From: Octopus sinensis
Taxonomy: Eukaryota
Assembly (NCBI RefSeq): GCF_006345805.1
Contig: NC_043015.1
Span: forward strand, 25,296,001-25,360,000
DNA length: 64,000 nucleotides
Direction: 5' to 3'
Position 1 is the first letter of the stretch. Each line of letters opens with the position of its first letter. The translations under genes were made by a program, and so were the position numbers. The notes beneath the pieces are model-generated. The model saw only the letters and a list, made by a program, of their open reading frames with translations, had not been told where the DNA came from and ran no database searches. Of the stretch, positions 25,864 to 40,085 are shown in pieces.

Positions 25864-26940
25864 TCTGAGAATTGGTCCATTTATACTGGCCATTCTTGCA
25901 CAATTCACCCACCTTTCAGAAAACTTGCCATCAGACATCACTCTCCTCTCTAACCTCATCTTCCTTTCCAAGTGAAACTTGAAAAAGTTGATGAGGCCTT
26001 GACCAAAGAGAAAAATGTCTGACTTTAGCCCTTTCAAACGGGTCCACCATACAACCTCTTTCACCACAGCCACTAGGCACAGGAAAACGGCCTTGCCCTC
26101 CTTGTTAAAGGAGGTCGGCGGGGCAATCTTCACTATGGATTCAGCTGTTAGCCGGACCCATCCTATACGTGACAGTAGCTGTTCGACATAAACCCATAGT
26201 TCAGCAATACTCAGGCACTGGACGAGTGCGTGCAGAATGGTTTCGTCATCCTGGCAACACCTCGGGCAGGCCCGGCTGACAGCACTTCTGTGCCAGTAGA
26301 GTTTATCCTGAACAGGCAGAGCCCCTCGGTAGCACTGCCAGGCGAGCCACCTCTGGAAATTATCCATTGGCCCTGGCCCGAAAGTCCTTCTGAACAGACA
26401 GCTCAGTTCGTTATCATAAACGCCTAGAGTTTCCCCGAGAACGTTGTCACATTTTTCCTCCACTAACCCTCTATAGAACGCTAGAGTGGAACTAAAACCG
26501 ATTGCATTGCCTGCTTTGCGGAGGGCGGAGAGAGCTTGACGGCACTCGAGGTGCCAAGAGCCCTTTCTCGGTCTACATTTGATCCAGGTCTGCAGCTCTG
26601 TCAAAGAGACAAGCTGCGGAAAGTCGTGTCTGACAAAAGATGACCACACCTGTTCAACGTCTAGGAAATGCTTGAGATGTTGCAGCCTGAGTGCATGTCT
26701 GCGCATCAGTAACCACGGCATGCCAAGGCCTCCATTCAGTGGTCGTTGACAGCAGATGGATCGCCTGACCAGTGGCACCTGACCCTTCCACAAAAAGTCG
26801 AAGAGCAGGCGTACCAGCTTGGCCAACCAGTGGTCGGGACAAGGGACGACGGTCAAGCGGTAATAGTTGATGGATGCGATGTACGCATTCGCCACCTCCG
26901 CTCGACCTTTCAGGGACAGCTTCCTCTCGGCCCATTTCAG
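25862..26940 (-). mobile_element. Tx1/L1-clade LINE ORF2 3' fragment (RT C-terminus plus zf-RVT-like region), frame open
   Basis: LSLKGRAEVAN...FDFLWKG...GGLGMP...WQCYRGALPV...CPRC..DETILHALVQC; runs into (ATT)n at its 3' end. The first ~35 aa of the track ORF come from an adjacent SINE. Confidence 0.9.
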
Positions 26941-27357
26941 AATTGAAAGAAGAAAATACTGATAACAATAATAATAATCCTTTCTACTACAGACACAAAG
27001 CCTGAAATTCATAAGAGGGGAATAGTTGATAACATCGACCCCAGTACTCAACTGGTACTTATTTTATCACCCCGCCCCCAAAAGGATGAAAGGTAATGCT
27101 GACTTTGGTGGAATTTGAACTCAGAACATGAAGACAGCTTTTGCTTGGCATGCTAAAGATTATCCCAGCTCATAATAATAATAATAATAATAATAATAAT
27201 AGTCCTTTCTACTATAGGCACAAGGCCTGGAATTTGTGGTGATCACATCGACCCCAGTATTTGAGTGGTACTATTTTATCAACCCTGGAAAGAGGGAAGA
27301 CAAAATCACCCTCGGTGGAATTTGCACTCAGAACGATTCTGTCAGTTCTCACAGCCT

Positions 27358-27405
<48 letters not shown>

Positions 27406-28768
27406 TATAATTATAATAATAATAATACGGGAAGCCTCTGAGAGATCAAACAACTTACAAGAAAAAGTATCCAATCTGCCTAGTCTTGAAAAAATAATGA
27501 AAGAAACATTGGGTAATAGAGTCATAGATAAACTTATCCTAAAATCAGAGGAACAGACTGTATGGACATGGCTGGAGCAGCTTTGAATCACTGGTTAATC
27601 TGGAGCTAAAATATAGATCAATGATAACAGTTTCTAACATAACTAAGTGTAGGTCGATATAAGCTCACACCTTAAAGGGCTGTTACGAAATGTGATAAGG
27701 TATTATGTTCACAATAAAGTAAATTTCTGATCAAGAGTTGGTTTCTCTAGGAAATGAGATGAATAGATAATGTGCATGAAAAACATTTACTTTGCAGGAT
27801 AGACAAAATGTTGTTTGCTTTTTGACTGACAATTTCAATTACACTCAAGATACTGCCGGTTTCAAAGATTGGCTTGTTTGAAGAATAAAGGAAATCTAAA
27901 GAAAACCAAATTGATGAAAAGCATTCTTAACTTGGTACAAGATCGACAGGGAATTCAACGGAATTAAAGATATTAAGAATATCCTTCATCATAATAATGA
28001 AAAAAAGAAAAAAATGAAATAGTGCAAAAATAATGGCAAAAATTCAAAGAATGTATATTAACAAAGCCGCCAAGTTACCTTAAAACAACAAGTTTGTAAT
28101 TGAATGCCAAAAGTGCGTCAAACAGTAGAAAAAGAAAAACGGAAGTGTCTTGGGTTTACTAGGAAGCTGGAAGGCAGCTGAAACTATTAGAAGTCCAAAA
28201 GAAGTCTAAATTGATATGCAGGAAGATAAAAGGTTGGAAGCACACGGGAGAAAAATTTACCGTTTGTTGATGCAAATGCATTTGTTCAAAGAATGAAACT
28301 ATAAAAGAGAATAATGTATACGTCTTTTATATTTTTTATTTTTATTCTTTTTTATGAGTGTTGATTAAATAATAAAAATTTAAATGGAGTGTATAAAACG
28401 GCTACACACAAGTTGTTTCATATCGAAGAAACGGCATCGAAAACAAAATAAGCAAAAAAGAAAAGAAAAAGAAAGGTTGCATAAATTATGAGTAGTTCAA
28501 TGTTTGTGTTAGCAAGTATTAGTTTGGATCCTGTTCAGATTAACTTAAACTTTGATCTTTCTAGTACCAATAAAATAGATAGTGTGCTGGCATAAGAGAT
28601 CAAACAAATTCCACAGCCATTGCAATAGTCTAGCCGTGTGTGCAAGTTACTTTCACCAAACAGTTGATGTGTTATCTCCGAAACCATTGATCTACAGCAG
28701 CCACAGCCATAACAATGCAACATTAACATTAGAATCTGTATCCAAGATTAGTTTTGAAAATGTTAAAA

Positions 28769-28820
<52 letters not shown>

Positions 28821-31800
28821 ATGAGAGAGAATGCCAGAATCCCTATCAAATTGAAGTTTACTATACATGATCAAATATAACCACTTATTTCTGACTTGTT
28901 CCTCAAAATCTAGTTTATCTAGGTAATTAATTTTAACTTTAATATTGAATATAAATTCAAACTTCATTTCATTTGTTTTTGTATAATTTCCATTGGGAAA
29001 ACGAAAAGTTGCCCTATTGATCAGGTCATCTTATATATATGACTTTATACATCCTATTTATGACCTTATATGGAACATTATGTCTGCTATTTAACAGGTA
29101 TTACATGTTGTGAAGTAGCAGAGTTGTTATAGCATGGCACCAAATTCCTGCCAAGGTCAATTCTAATGAGGTCAACCTTGCCTGTCAGCCTTCTGGGGGT
29201 TGACAAAATGAAGTACCAAACTAGAACGGTGAACTGTAGAAATCATGAGAGTATTAGACAGGATGCTATTTTCATTCTAATACCATAGCCATTTGCATTC
29301 TTAGCTCAGTGCATAAGACTTCATTCATTGTCCATTTTAACACTACCAACTTCCAGTCACTCTGCTGCATAAGATCAGACCATGCCTTAAGAGTAAGAAT
29401 ACATTTTTCTTCTCAACAATCAGTGAGGGTGACGAATACAGTTCTTACTACTGGCTAAACAATGAAAAGATTTCCCTGCCAAATATAGCATAATTGGTGA
29501 ACAAAAGAACTGAGGTGACTTCATCCACCATTAATATTTACTACATTTTACTGTATTAAACGCAAAACTCTTATTCCTCTCTCTGTCCCTAATGTTGCCT
29601 GATTCACTGAAAGAAGATTTAAGTCCTGCAGGTTGTACTGTGACCTCACTGGTGCTGGTGCCACACAAAAAGCATCTAGTACACACTGTAAAGTAATTGT
29701 TGACATTAGGAATGTTACCCAGCTGTACAAACCTTGCCAAAGCAGACCCTGGAGCACAGAGTAGTCTTGAGACTCAGCAGATCCTATTCTTGTTCCAGCA
29801 TGGAACAAGAACATTAAATGATAATCACAGCTAAAGCAGTAGAACAACAAAAATATTTGATCAAAGCCTACAGTAGGTTTTTTTCTTCTTTTTTAGTGGA
29901 ATTCTGATTTAAGCACTCCATGTAACCCCTCATAACTTCTTTATTTTTGAGAATTATCAGAAAATGTTTGTGAATTTGTGATTAAAAACAAAAAATAAAC
30001 ATATTCTTTTGTATGCGATTTAAAGGCGATTTAGCTGTCGCTTTTAGCACATCTTATGAGCTTTCTCATCAGCGACATGTATTTCTTTGTCACTGACATG
30101 TATTGATGCTTTTCAATATTTTTCTCCCTATAAATACATTTAATGGAATGATGATGAACCCAAGAGTGGTCCATTGCTGGATTTAAGCAAAGAATTCAGA
30201 CTGTCCATATTTTAAACTCAAAAAGAATTCAGAATAGCATGTAACTTATAGAATTTATGTGGGTGGGAGGTTAAAAACACAATTCTTTTTCTGTACTTGT
30301 ATGAAATCACATGTGTAGTACACAAATTTGTAAAAGTTTTATGACAATTGCAAAAATTAAAGCTACGAAGGGTTATATGGGGTGCATCAATCAGAATTTT
30401 TTTCTCCCTTTAGAGTCTATGACACAAACACCTGAAATATAATATGCTCTCTTCAACAAGATACGCATCTCTTATAAAATAAACTGGTTTTGAGCTTATT
30501 TCAAAAATATTCAGTGAAAAATGTCTATGGTTGAAACAGTAGAGCCTTTAATTAAAACATATCCAACATTCATATTTCATTTCACATTTCCTTGGGTCTG
30601 AATTGAAATCTTGCCACTTTTCAGGGTTATTCAAATAAATGTCAGAAATATATTGGTTTTCATTCAAGTGCTTGTATCTTCATACCTTCATTATAATCAA
30701 CTGATTTTGTGACATGTCAAAAGAATTATTTCTTGAGGAAGCAGTTATATTTTGTTGATGCAAATCCAATTAAGATCCATCATTGTAATGTCACTCTTGC
30801 CATGCTTGCTTGAGCCAGACAGATTGTGTTGAAACAAATTTTCTATAGCCAGATGCCTTTTCTGACACTGACCCTCATTTGTCTCCAAGTAAGATGATAT
30901 TTTCCCCATGGTTGCACATGATTTGAAACAAACAATACTAACCTGTATGGCAATATTGCTCATTTGCAAGTATCACATGATGTCAAGATAAGGAAACACT
31001 AGCATGCAAATGCAATGGGCTTCATTTTAGATTCCATCAATCAAATCCACTCACAAGTCTATATGAAAGAAAATTTTAATCTGTATATTGACACTCTTTG
31101 ATACCTAAACCCTTGAAGCTGATGCACCAAATCTCTTTCTTTACTTACTAATTATCAGCTAATATTTCAATTAACATAGAAAGCTTTTATCATTAAAGAA
31201 TTGCTTTTCTTGTTTCACCTGTTTATTTACATTCAGCTTTACCTTTTTTTACCTGTCTACATTTTAGCAATAAGCTTCTATCACTTTTCTGTTTTCATGA
31301 GATATCGCTCTACAAAACCTCATTCCTTATGCTTTCTCAATATCTTCCCTAATAATAATGATAAACTATTCACTATGGCAATTCAAAGCTTTGTTTACAG
31401 TTTCTCGCTTATCATAGGTTTGCCATTATGCAGCCTTCTTGCTATCAGCTCTCTCCCTCTCTCTCTCTCTCTCTCTCCCTCTCTCTCTCACATATTTAGC
31501 CCTACCCACATTTCTCTTTTACTCTTTTACACATTTCAGGTATTTGGCTGTGGTCATGCTGGAGCACAACCTTGAATGGTTTAACTAAACAAATTAGCTC
31601 CAGTATCTATTTTTAAGTCTGGTGCTTTTTCTATTGGTATCTTTTGCTGAATCACTTAGTTACAGGGACATAAACCAACCAACCCATGTTGTTAAGCAGA
31701 GTGAGGTTAGGACTTCAGAACACACACACACACACACACAAGCTGATCTCATAGGAAACAAACTTCATAAACACACACAGCTATACCTGGGTCCATAATC

Positions 31801-32223
31801 ACAGAAAACAATAACACTTAAAGAGAACAAAACAGGGAAAATTAAATTTCTTTAGTATTCTATATATTTACTCTCTCACTGACAGATTCCCATTCTTGTT
31901 TGTGCATTTATCCATTGCTATCTATCCATCTGTCTAGCTATAAATTTCTGAAACGATTTTGTATTTGAATTTGTGGGTACGACTTTCTCCCCGTCAATAC
32001 AGAAAATTCACATGCACACACACACACTATGTGTGTGTGTATATGTGTAAAATATTTTTATACACAGAGGAGATGCTGGACAGGACTCCTCTTTGCGTAT
32101 TTATGCATACTAACCACTAGTAATAAATTATTTCAATCTATTACCCTCATATTTACGATAGTAATATTTATATATATATGTATACATATTTATATATATG
32201 TATACATATTTATATATATGTAT

Positions 32224-32257
<34 letters not shown>

Positions 32258-32261
32258 TTAT

Positions 32262-32750
32262 TGAAATGGATAAATGAATTATCTTGTTACGGATTATTCA
32301 AAATTTAACCGATACCTGGGTAGCAAAAATCACAACAGAAAAAACACGGTTGAAGTTACGACCATGGGGTGTCGCAACCGTGCCTTAGCGCGGATAATTG
32401 AAGTTTAATATATTTAGTGAAGGGAAGAAATGGAGCTGAACGAAGATTCTACAGAATTCCTTTTATTATTTTCTACACATGTTTCAAAGGCCGCAAATTT
32501 CCAAATTCGGATTGAATAAGGAGACCATTTTGCAGCTTTCTCTTCAGGAAAATCCAGGAATTTAAATCTCCAAACAAATGCGCAGCAAGCAATTCGAACA
32601 AAACGCTCCTTAGGAGCCCATGGAATGGCACAAACTGTCTCTCAATGTGCGTTGACGTCAGGGGGGTGGAGGCCGACGAAAAAGTCCGTTGGAATAAATC
32701 GAGGTCAAACTGCGGTCAAACCTTCGTTCAGCTCCATTTCTTCCCTTCAC

Positions 32751-32759
<9 letters not shown>
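32262..32759 (-). mobile_element. PLE pLTR relic related to the 18.6-kb element, with a short inverted terminal copy
   Basis: 32262-32655 aligns by eye with 18577-18980; 32408-32445 recurs as a 38-bp reverse complement at 32722-32759; (TA)n on both sides. Confidence 0.85.
32469..32552 (-). ncRNA. Type I hammerhead ribozyme motif (slightly decayed)
   Basis: ttttc-CTGAAGA-gaaag-ctgcaaa...tttgcgg-c-cttt-GAAAC-atgt-GTA-gaaaa; perfect stem I; lacks the C that closes stem II in the 22.2-kb copy. Confidence 0.8.
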
Positions 32760-32819
<60 letters not shown>

Positions 32820-32822
<3 letters not shown>

Positions 32823-34448
32823 TTGCGGCCAAAATGTTCAGAACGGCATTATTTTCGTCAGAAAAGTAGATATAATTTTTTATCAAAGTTGTTTTATATT
32901 CTATAATTTTCACAGATAATAAATACGATATTATTTGTTGTTGCCTGAGATTTTGGTGTAATTTGAGAGGATAATACAAAAGTTATGGATGATTTAATGA
33001 TTTACTGCAAAACCCATGGCAGGCCGAAATGATCAGAACGGCTGCTTTTACTCCGTGTTTTAGTATATTTAACTGGCGAATTCTAATGTTTTGAATTTGT
33101 TTACGTGACGGTTCGTTTACTAAACATTACTAAGAATATTTGCAGTGTACTTTGTTAATATAATGCCACTTACTCCATTACCAATTCGTCAGCAGATTAT
33201 TAAGCTTCGAAGGAAGGATAATTTAAGTATTGGATCTATTGCAAAGATTGTTAACAAGTCAAAAAGTGTTGTACACGGTATTCTTAAGGTCTACGATGAT
33301 TGTGGTTCGTGTGAAGCAAGAAAGTTTACAGGTAGGCCAAGAAAAACGACCAAGAGAGAAGATCGTGCTATGGTAAAGTTGGTTAAAAAGGACAGATTTA
33401 AAACTGCTGCTGCTGTTTCTCAGAAAATGAGCATAGTACTGAAGAAAACTTTATCTCGAAAACCTGTGTCTCGTCGTTTAGTTGAACATGACCTACAAGC
33501 AAGAGCACCTGCAGTGAAGCCACTGATCAGCTCCAAGAATAAAAAGTGTTGTCTTACCTTTGCAACCGAACATGTGTTGTGGTCTCAAGAAAAATGGCAA
33601 ATGGTACATTTCAGTGATGAATCTAAGTTTATGTTATTTGGCTCAGATGGGAAAAGGTACGTTCGTAGAAAAGTAGGTGAAAAATTGTCATCTAAATGCC
33701 TTAAAACTAGTGTTAAATTCGGTAGAGGAAGTGTCATGGTTTAGGGGATGATATCTGGAGATGGTGTGGGCCCTTTGGTGTGATTACATGGAAAGGTAAA
33801 TGCAGGAGTTTATAAACAACTTGTAAAAGATCATGTCTTGCCTGTGCTGAGAAATTCAACTAAGCGACCACCATATTCATGCAGGACAATGCCCCATGTC
33901 ACAAGGCTAAGATGGTCATGAACTTCCTCAAGGCTGAAAAGGTTATTGTTATGGATTGGCCTGCTCAAAGCCCAGATCTCAATCCTATTGAAAATGTATG
34001 GAATATTCTAGGAGAACATTCGAAAGCCAGAAATCCTAAAACAACTGAGCAATTATGGAATGCCCTTCAGGAAGAATGGAATAAGATCACCCAGCAAGAA
34101 ATGGAAAATTTAATTTCCTCATGCAGTCAAAGATGTCAGAGTGTGATTGAAGCTAAAGGGCTTTACACTAAATATTAAATAATTCCTGTATTCTCTGTCA
34201 TTTTTGATTATTTTGTTATTTTTTCAACCGTTCTGATCATTTTGGCCGCCATGGGTTTTGCAGTAAATCACTAAATCATCCATAACTTTTGTATTATCCT
34301 CTCAAATTGCACCAAAATCTCAGACAATAACAATTAATATTGTATTTATTGTCTGTAAAAATTATAGAATATAAAACAACTTTGATAGAAACTTATACCT
34401 ACTTTTCTGACGAAAACAGTGTCGTTCTGAACATTTTGGCCGCAACTG
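32820..34448 (+). mobile_element. Full-length Tc1-family DNA transposon, IR/DR type
   Basis: TA|cagttgcggcc...ggccgcaactg|TA, ~220-bp TIRs, internal direct repeat gcc(a/g)aaatg(t/a)tcagaacgg at both ends of each TIR. Confidence 0.96.
33163..34178 (+). pseudogene. Tc1 DD34E transposase, disrupted
   Basis: HFSDESKF, QDNAPCH and SPDLNPIENVW, with 34 residues between the second D and the E; stops at ~33742 and ~33781 and a frameshift before 33879. Confidence 0.95.
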
Positions 34449-34474
34449 TATATATATATGTGTGTGTGTGTATA

Positions 34475-34537
<63 letters not shown>

Positions 34538-34545
34538 CATATGTA

Positions 34546-34623
<78 letters not shown>

Positions 34624-34930
34624 ATCATCGTTTAACGTCCGTTTTCCATGCTAGCATGGGTTGGATGGTTCGACCAGGGTCTGGGAAGCCAGGAGACTGC
34701 ACCAGGCTCCAGTCTGATCTGGCAGTGTTTCTACAGCTGGATGCCCTTCCTAACGCCAACCACTCCATGAGTGTAGTGGGTGCTTTTTACGTGTCACAGG
34801 CACAGGTGCCTGGTGAGGCTGGCAACAGCCACGATCGGTTGGTGCTTTTTACGTCCCACCGGCACAGGTATCCCAACTACAATTTCCATTTGATTTTTTG
34901 ATGTTGATATATATATATATATAGTACTAG

Positions 34931-35430
34931 TGATAATAATCCTCGATGGAATTTATGAACATTTAATGCATTGCTACATGTGTTTCCACAAGTCACATGT
35001 CTTTTAAGATCCCAGATTTTATTCCTGGGATGCTTACAGTGTAGTCTGTAGTAAGTGTAGGCATCAGGGGGTTGATCATCTTTGTGGATTCATTTCTTCA
35101 GGCAATATAACATTAATGGATGTTTCGCAGAGGGAATGTTTATCCCTCTTGACCAGTATGAAGGATGACGGAGTTATGATTGACATAACTCAGGTTGACA
35201 TAACTCAGTCAACCTTCATACTGGTCAAGAGGGATAAACACTGCCTCTGCTAAACATTATTGCCTGAAGAAATGTATCCATGAAGATGATCAACCTGATG
35301 CCACAGACACTATGGACTACACTGTAAGCATCCCAGGAATACGGACTGTAATCATAAGAGACGTGACTTGTGGAAACGTGTGTAGCAATGCATTAAATGT
35401 TTATAAATTCCATCCAAGGATTATTGTTAT
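34931..35430. mobile_element. ~500-bp fold-back element with HHR-like motifs in both arms
   Basis: Arms ~34931-35178 and ~35198-35430 are diverged reverse complements; ATTGC-CTGAAGA (35259-35270) ... GAAAC-gtgt-GTA-GCAAT (35373-35389), mirrored at 34970-35106. Confidence 0.8.
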
Positions 35431-37887
35431 TGTTATTATATTTATCCTACCTTATATTGATACAGCTCAATTCAATGCCAAAAATCTGGTTCACCAGTCA
35501 GCATCATTAGACTGTGGCCAGCATATTGGAATAGGAGCTTTATTTGCATATTTAAAACATTTCCTGTAAACAAATTAATATATATATATATATATATAAG
35601 AAGTGCTGATCTCTAACCATGGAGGGAACCTATAGAAGAGATAAATCGGAAAAGACATAGGACAAGATAGTGAAGCATGATCTTTGAACGTTGGGCCTCA
35701 CAGAGGCAATGACTAGTGACCAAGACCATTGGCAATATCAAGCTAAGTGAAATTGTAGTCATGGCCGATGCCAATGTCATGTAGCTAGCAGCCATGCCAG
35801 TGACACGTAAAAAGCACCTTTAGTGTATTTGGGCATCATGAAGGCAATGTGACCAATACCAGTGTCACATATCTAACACCCATGCTGGTGGCATGTAAAA
35901 AACACCTTTTGAGTATTGGACCTCATGGAGGCAACTGGCACATAAAATGCACTTGTTGAACATTGAGTCTCACAGAGGCAATGTGGCTGATGCTAGTGGC
36001 ATGTAACTGGCATCTATGCCAGTGGCACATAAAAAGAACTTTTTGAGCGCTGGGCCTCACAAAGGGGTAGCAAATGACTGAGACCTTTGGCAATATGCTG
36101 TGCTTGAGAAGAAGACCCATGAAGCCAAGGGAAATTGTAGTTATGGCAGATACTGGTGTCACATAACTGGCACTCGTACCAGTGGCACATAAAAGTACCC
36201 ACTACACTTTCGGAGTAGTTGACATTAGGAAGGGCATTCAGCCATGGAAACCATGCCAAATCAGACTGGAGTCTGGTGCAGCCCTTCAGTTTGCCATCTC
36301 CGTTCAAGAAGCATGGACAATGGACATTAAAAGATGATGATGATACATAAATATATATGAAACGCATGATAGAGAGACCATTGTGGATCTGCATCCAAAT
36401 ATCCCAATATAAAATGAACACCCACTACAGGGGCGGCAATCAGCCACAATGGCAAATCATGTGTAAGGAACAAAAGGTATTAACTGCATTTTGTGTTCAG
36501 CATACATCTTCATACATCAATTATATGCAAAAGGGGTTTGTGTGTATTCCTATGCCTCCCCTCCCACCCTCCTCATGCATGTATTCATCTTACTGAAGCT
36601 GGATGGTTGAGTTGCAAGGCTTGCAGTCGAAGAAGAGAAGTCTACTAACATGATGGAGCCCATAACTAGCAGCAATGTCAATCATTACTAACCCCTTGTC
36701 TCCAATATTCCTCTTATTTAATGCACTCTATTACCTCGTATACTTCAAATCACTGTGGATTTCTGTTTTATTTATATCCATTTTTAATTCTTCATCAGTT
36801 TTCTTTTTCTTTTTTCAATAGTACAATCAAAGCCTTTTATGGAAGTCTCTTATTATGAATCTATTTTATTGATATTATCAAAGTCAATTTACTAAGCTGG
36901 AGATTGAAAGAAGTGTAAGTATGCTGTTAAATCTGTAGCTCTGCCAGAATCTATTATGTTGAGATTTGAAATTTCAAAGTGTTCAAAGAATGCCTGCTAC
37001 TGCCGTATTGAATGGAATTCTTGTCTCCAGAAACACATAACCTTCAATGCAAAAGAATGCATTTCTGTTTGCTTTCTTTTTTAGATTTGGTCCCTGCCAA
37101 CACTTATCAGTTTTTCTCCAAAAATTAATCAATGGCTTTTTTGTTTTTTTCATTTTCATGTTTTATTGTCCTTCTAAGATAAATGGTCCCTGAGTAAAGA
37201 TTTAAACAATAAATTTAAAGAGAAATGATCCACTACTTCAGGTTTTCAGATTGTTTTTGTATCCACAAATAAACACCTTTTGATAAAAAAATACTTGAGT
37301 GTGAGCATTGATCTGTTCTGAAGACTTTCTCTTGGTGAGTCTTGAGCATTGATTTAAAGAACAAATATAGAAAGAAATGATCCACTATTCCTGGTTTTAT
37401 GAATGTGTTTGTATCCTTCAATAAATTATATATATTTTTTCATTTAATAAGATAAACCTAATTGTGTTTAGGGAATGCTCCATGGTGAAGAAGTTCTCTC
37501 AGTTAGATGCTACATGGGTTGGGGATCGATCCATCAGCATGGAAATTTAAGAAAATCTCATTTAATATAATTTCTAATTAATCGATGCCTTACAGGTGAA
37601 ATGTGTGTGTGTGTGTGTGTGTGAATATAATGAAAAGTGACCATAAGAGATAAGAGAAGCAATTCTTTCTACTATAAAAGCAAGGTCAGCAATTTTAAAG
37701 ATCTGGGGGATGTGGTGTGAATAAGTTGATTATGTCAACTCCAGTACTTGACCTGTACTTTATTTCATTGACCTCAGGTGGATGAATTGCAAAGCTGACC
37801 TTGACAAGATCTGAACTCAGAACATAAAGCATTGGAAGAAATGCTGCTAACCATAGTCAATTTCTGCAAGTTCAGCACCTTGATGAA

Positions 37888-37927
<40 letters not shown>

Positions 37928-38880
37928 GTGATGTGGAGGAGGAGGATGGTGATTATCATGATGATGATGATGATGATGATTTCTAATTTATGTAAAGGAG
38001 AGCAATTTTGATGAGAAAGGACTTTAGTCAATTACATCAACCGCGGTACTTGATTGGTACTTTGACTTCAAAAAGATGAAAGGCAAAGTTGACCCCGATA
38101 GGATTTGAACTCAGAATGCATAGAACCAGAACGAGTATCACAAGGCATTTTTATTCTATGCTCCAAAAATCCAGCCAATTGACTTCCTTACATTTATGAC
38201 CCCTAAAATATTTTCTAACCTCCATCGTGTAATTAAATATTTCTGCTTCACTAAACTAAAGATTGGCAAAGAAACCAATAACTGAACTGTATCATACTAT
38301 AATCCTATTAACCACTAATAATACCATCGGCAAAGATGCTGGCATTGGTGTCCAAGTTGGCATCATCATCATCATCATCATCATAATAATTAACATATTC
38401 ATATTTATCTTCATCACCTTCATGAACAAACACCATAATTGTTATCGCATTCATCAAAACTATCATTACCACCACCACCACCACCGCCATCATCTTAATT
38501 ACTACTATTATCACCAACATATTTACCTTGGCACAAAGCCAGTAATTTTGAGTCGAGGGGTCAATTGATATCATCAACTCCACTACTTGGCCGATGCTTT
38601 ATTTCATTGACCTTGAAAGGATGGAGAGCAGGATTTGAACTCAGATTGTAAAGAGTTAGAAGAAAAAGTGCAAATCAGCTTTTCTGATGTTCTAATGACT
38701 TTGTCAGCACCCCAGGCTGAAGAATATGAGAGTTGAGACATGAACTGTCAACTGGCAGAAACGTGGTAACTTGCATTCTGCATGGAACTTAAGAAAGACT
38801 TTTGAGATTTGAGGAGAACTATTGCCACCGAATCTGAGGATAAACTCCCCACTAATTAAATTAGCACGTAATAGCATTGA

Positions 38881-38914
<34 letters not shown>

Positions 38915-38916
<2 letters not shown>

Positions 38917-39270
38917 GTTGAGAAAGAAAGCAAACTATGCTGGATCAAAGATATAGTATGCTCAGCTGACAACAAGGTATGCAATAAGGAAGTAAGAAAA
39001 GTTGATAGATATGACAGGTTAGCTTGGAAGGTTAAGCAGTTGTCTCTGAAAAAGGTGTTAGTAGTACCAGTAATTGTCGGAGCCTTGGTAACAGTGAGTA
39101 AAAATCTTGATAAGTACATGGAACAAATAGGGGCTGCATTAAGGGTGGAAAACTTGAAGAAAACAGCACTGCTTGGAAGCGCTTAAATACTCCAGGAGGT
39201 GCGCAAAAAATAAGAGGTGTTACCTTAGTTCACTGGCAGTGAACAGCTGACACTGTAGTACAATGGCAAT
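38915..39270 (+). mobile_element. Relic of a restriction-like-endonuclease non-LTR retrotransposon (R4/Dong or related), 3' end, between (AAT)n tracts
   Basis: Decayed C.IKD...KV..YD.L...VVPVIVGAL...KTALLGSA.IL motif. A second, more decayed relic at ~40155-40400 follows (ATT)n. Confidence 0.75.
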
Positions 39271-39713
39271 AATAATAATAATTCTGTTCACTATCATAGA
39301 TTTACTTGTCAGTTGTTTGACCTTAACCAGTTGATCATGTCACTTAGTGGCTGACGATATGTGCATCTCTGATCATAAGCAGAAGTGTTGAGAGGAATTA
39401 TTTGGGGTTTAGATAATTCACCTTTGGAAACATGGGTGCTTTATTCAACAACCTTGAACAACCCTTATTCAGGGATCTTTTGAGCAGGATGGGTTACTCG
39501 ACCGGAAGAAAATTCTAATTAGGCCCCACCTGCAAGGTCATGCACGGTTTATCTTGCTATGAGATCAGCATGTCATGCACATTAGGTTGTGATGCATGTG
39601 TCTGGTGTATCCTTATCATGATGGGTATACTGGGCTTCATACATTTTACCCCAGTATCACTTTGATGGCATACACTGCTCTATCACTCAATAATCATCAT
39701 CATCATCATCATT

Positions 39714-39763
<50 letters not shown>

Positions 39764-39772
39764 CATCATTAA

Positions 39773-39805
<33 letters not shown>

Positions 39806-40020
39806 CATCATTAATATTATTATTATTATTATTATTATTATTTCAGTGCTATTACATGCTAATTTAATTAGTGGGAGTTTATCCTCAGATTTGTTAGCAA
39901 TAGTTCTCCCCAAATCTCAAGAATCTTTCTTAAGTTTCATGCAGAATGCAAGTTACCACTTCCTAATCATTATTATTTTTATCATTATTGTCATTATTAT
40001 TGTCATCATCATCATCATCA

Positions 40021-40085
<65 letters not shown>

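Noticed and set aside
29531-29850. Two overlapping non-repetitive ORFs (69 and 100 aa)
   Set aside because: No recognisable domain and no convincing splice-site pair; not CCDC39-like.
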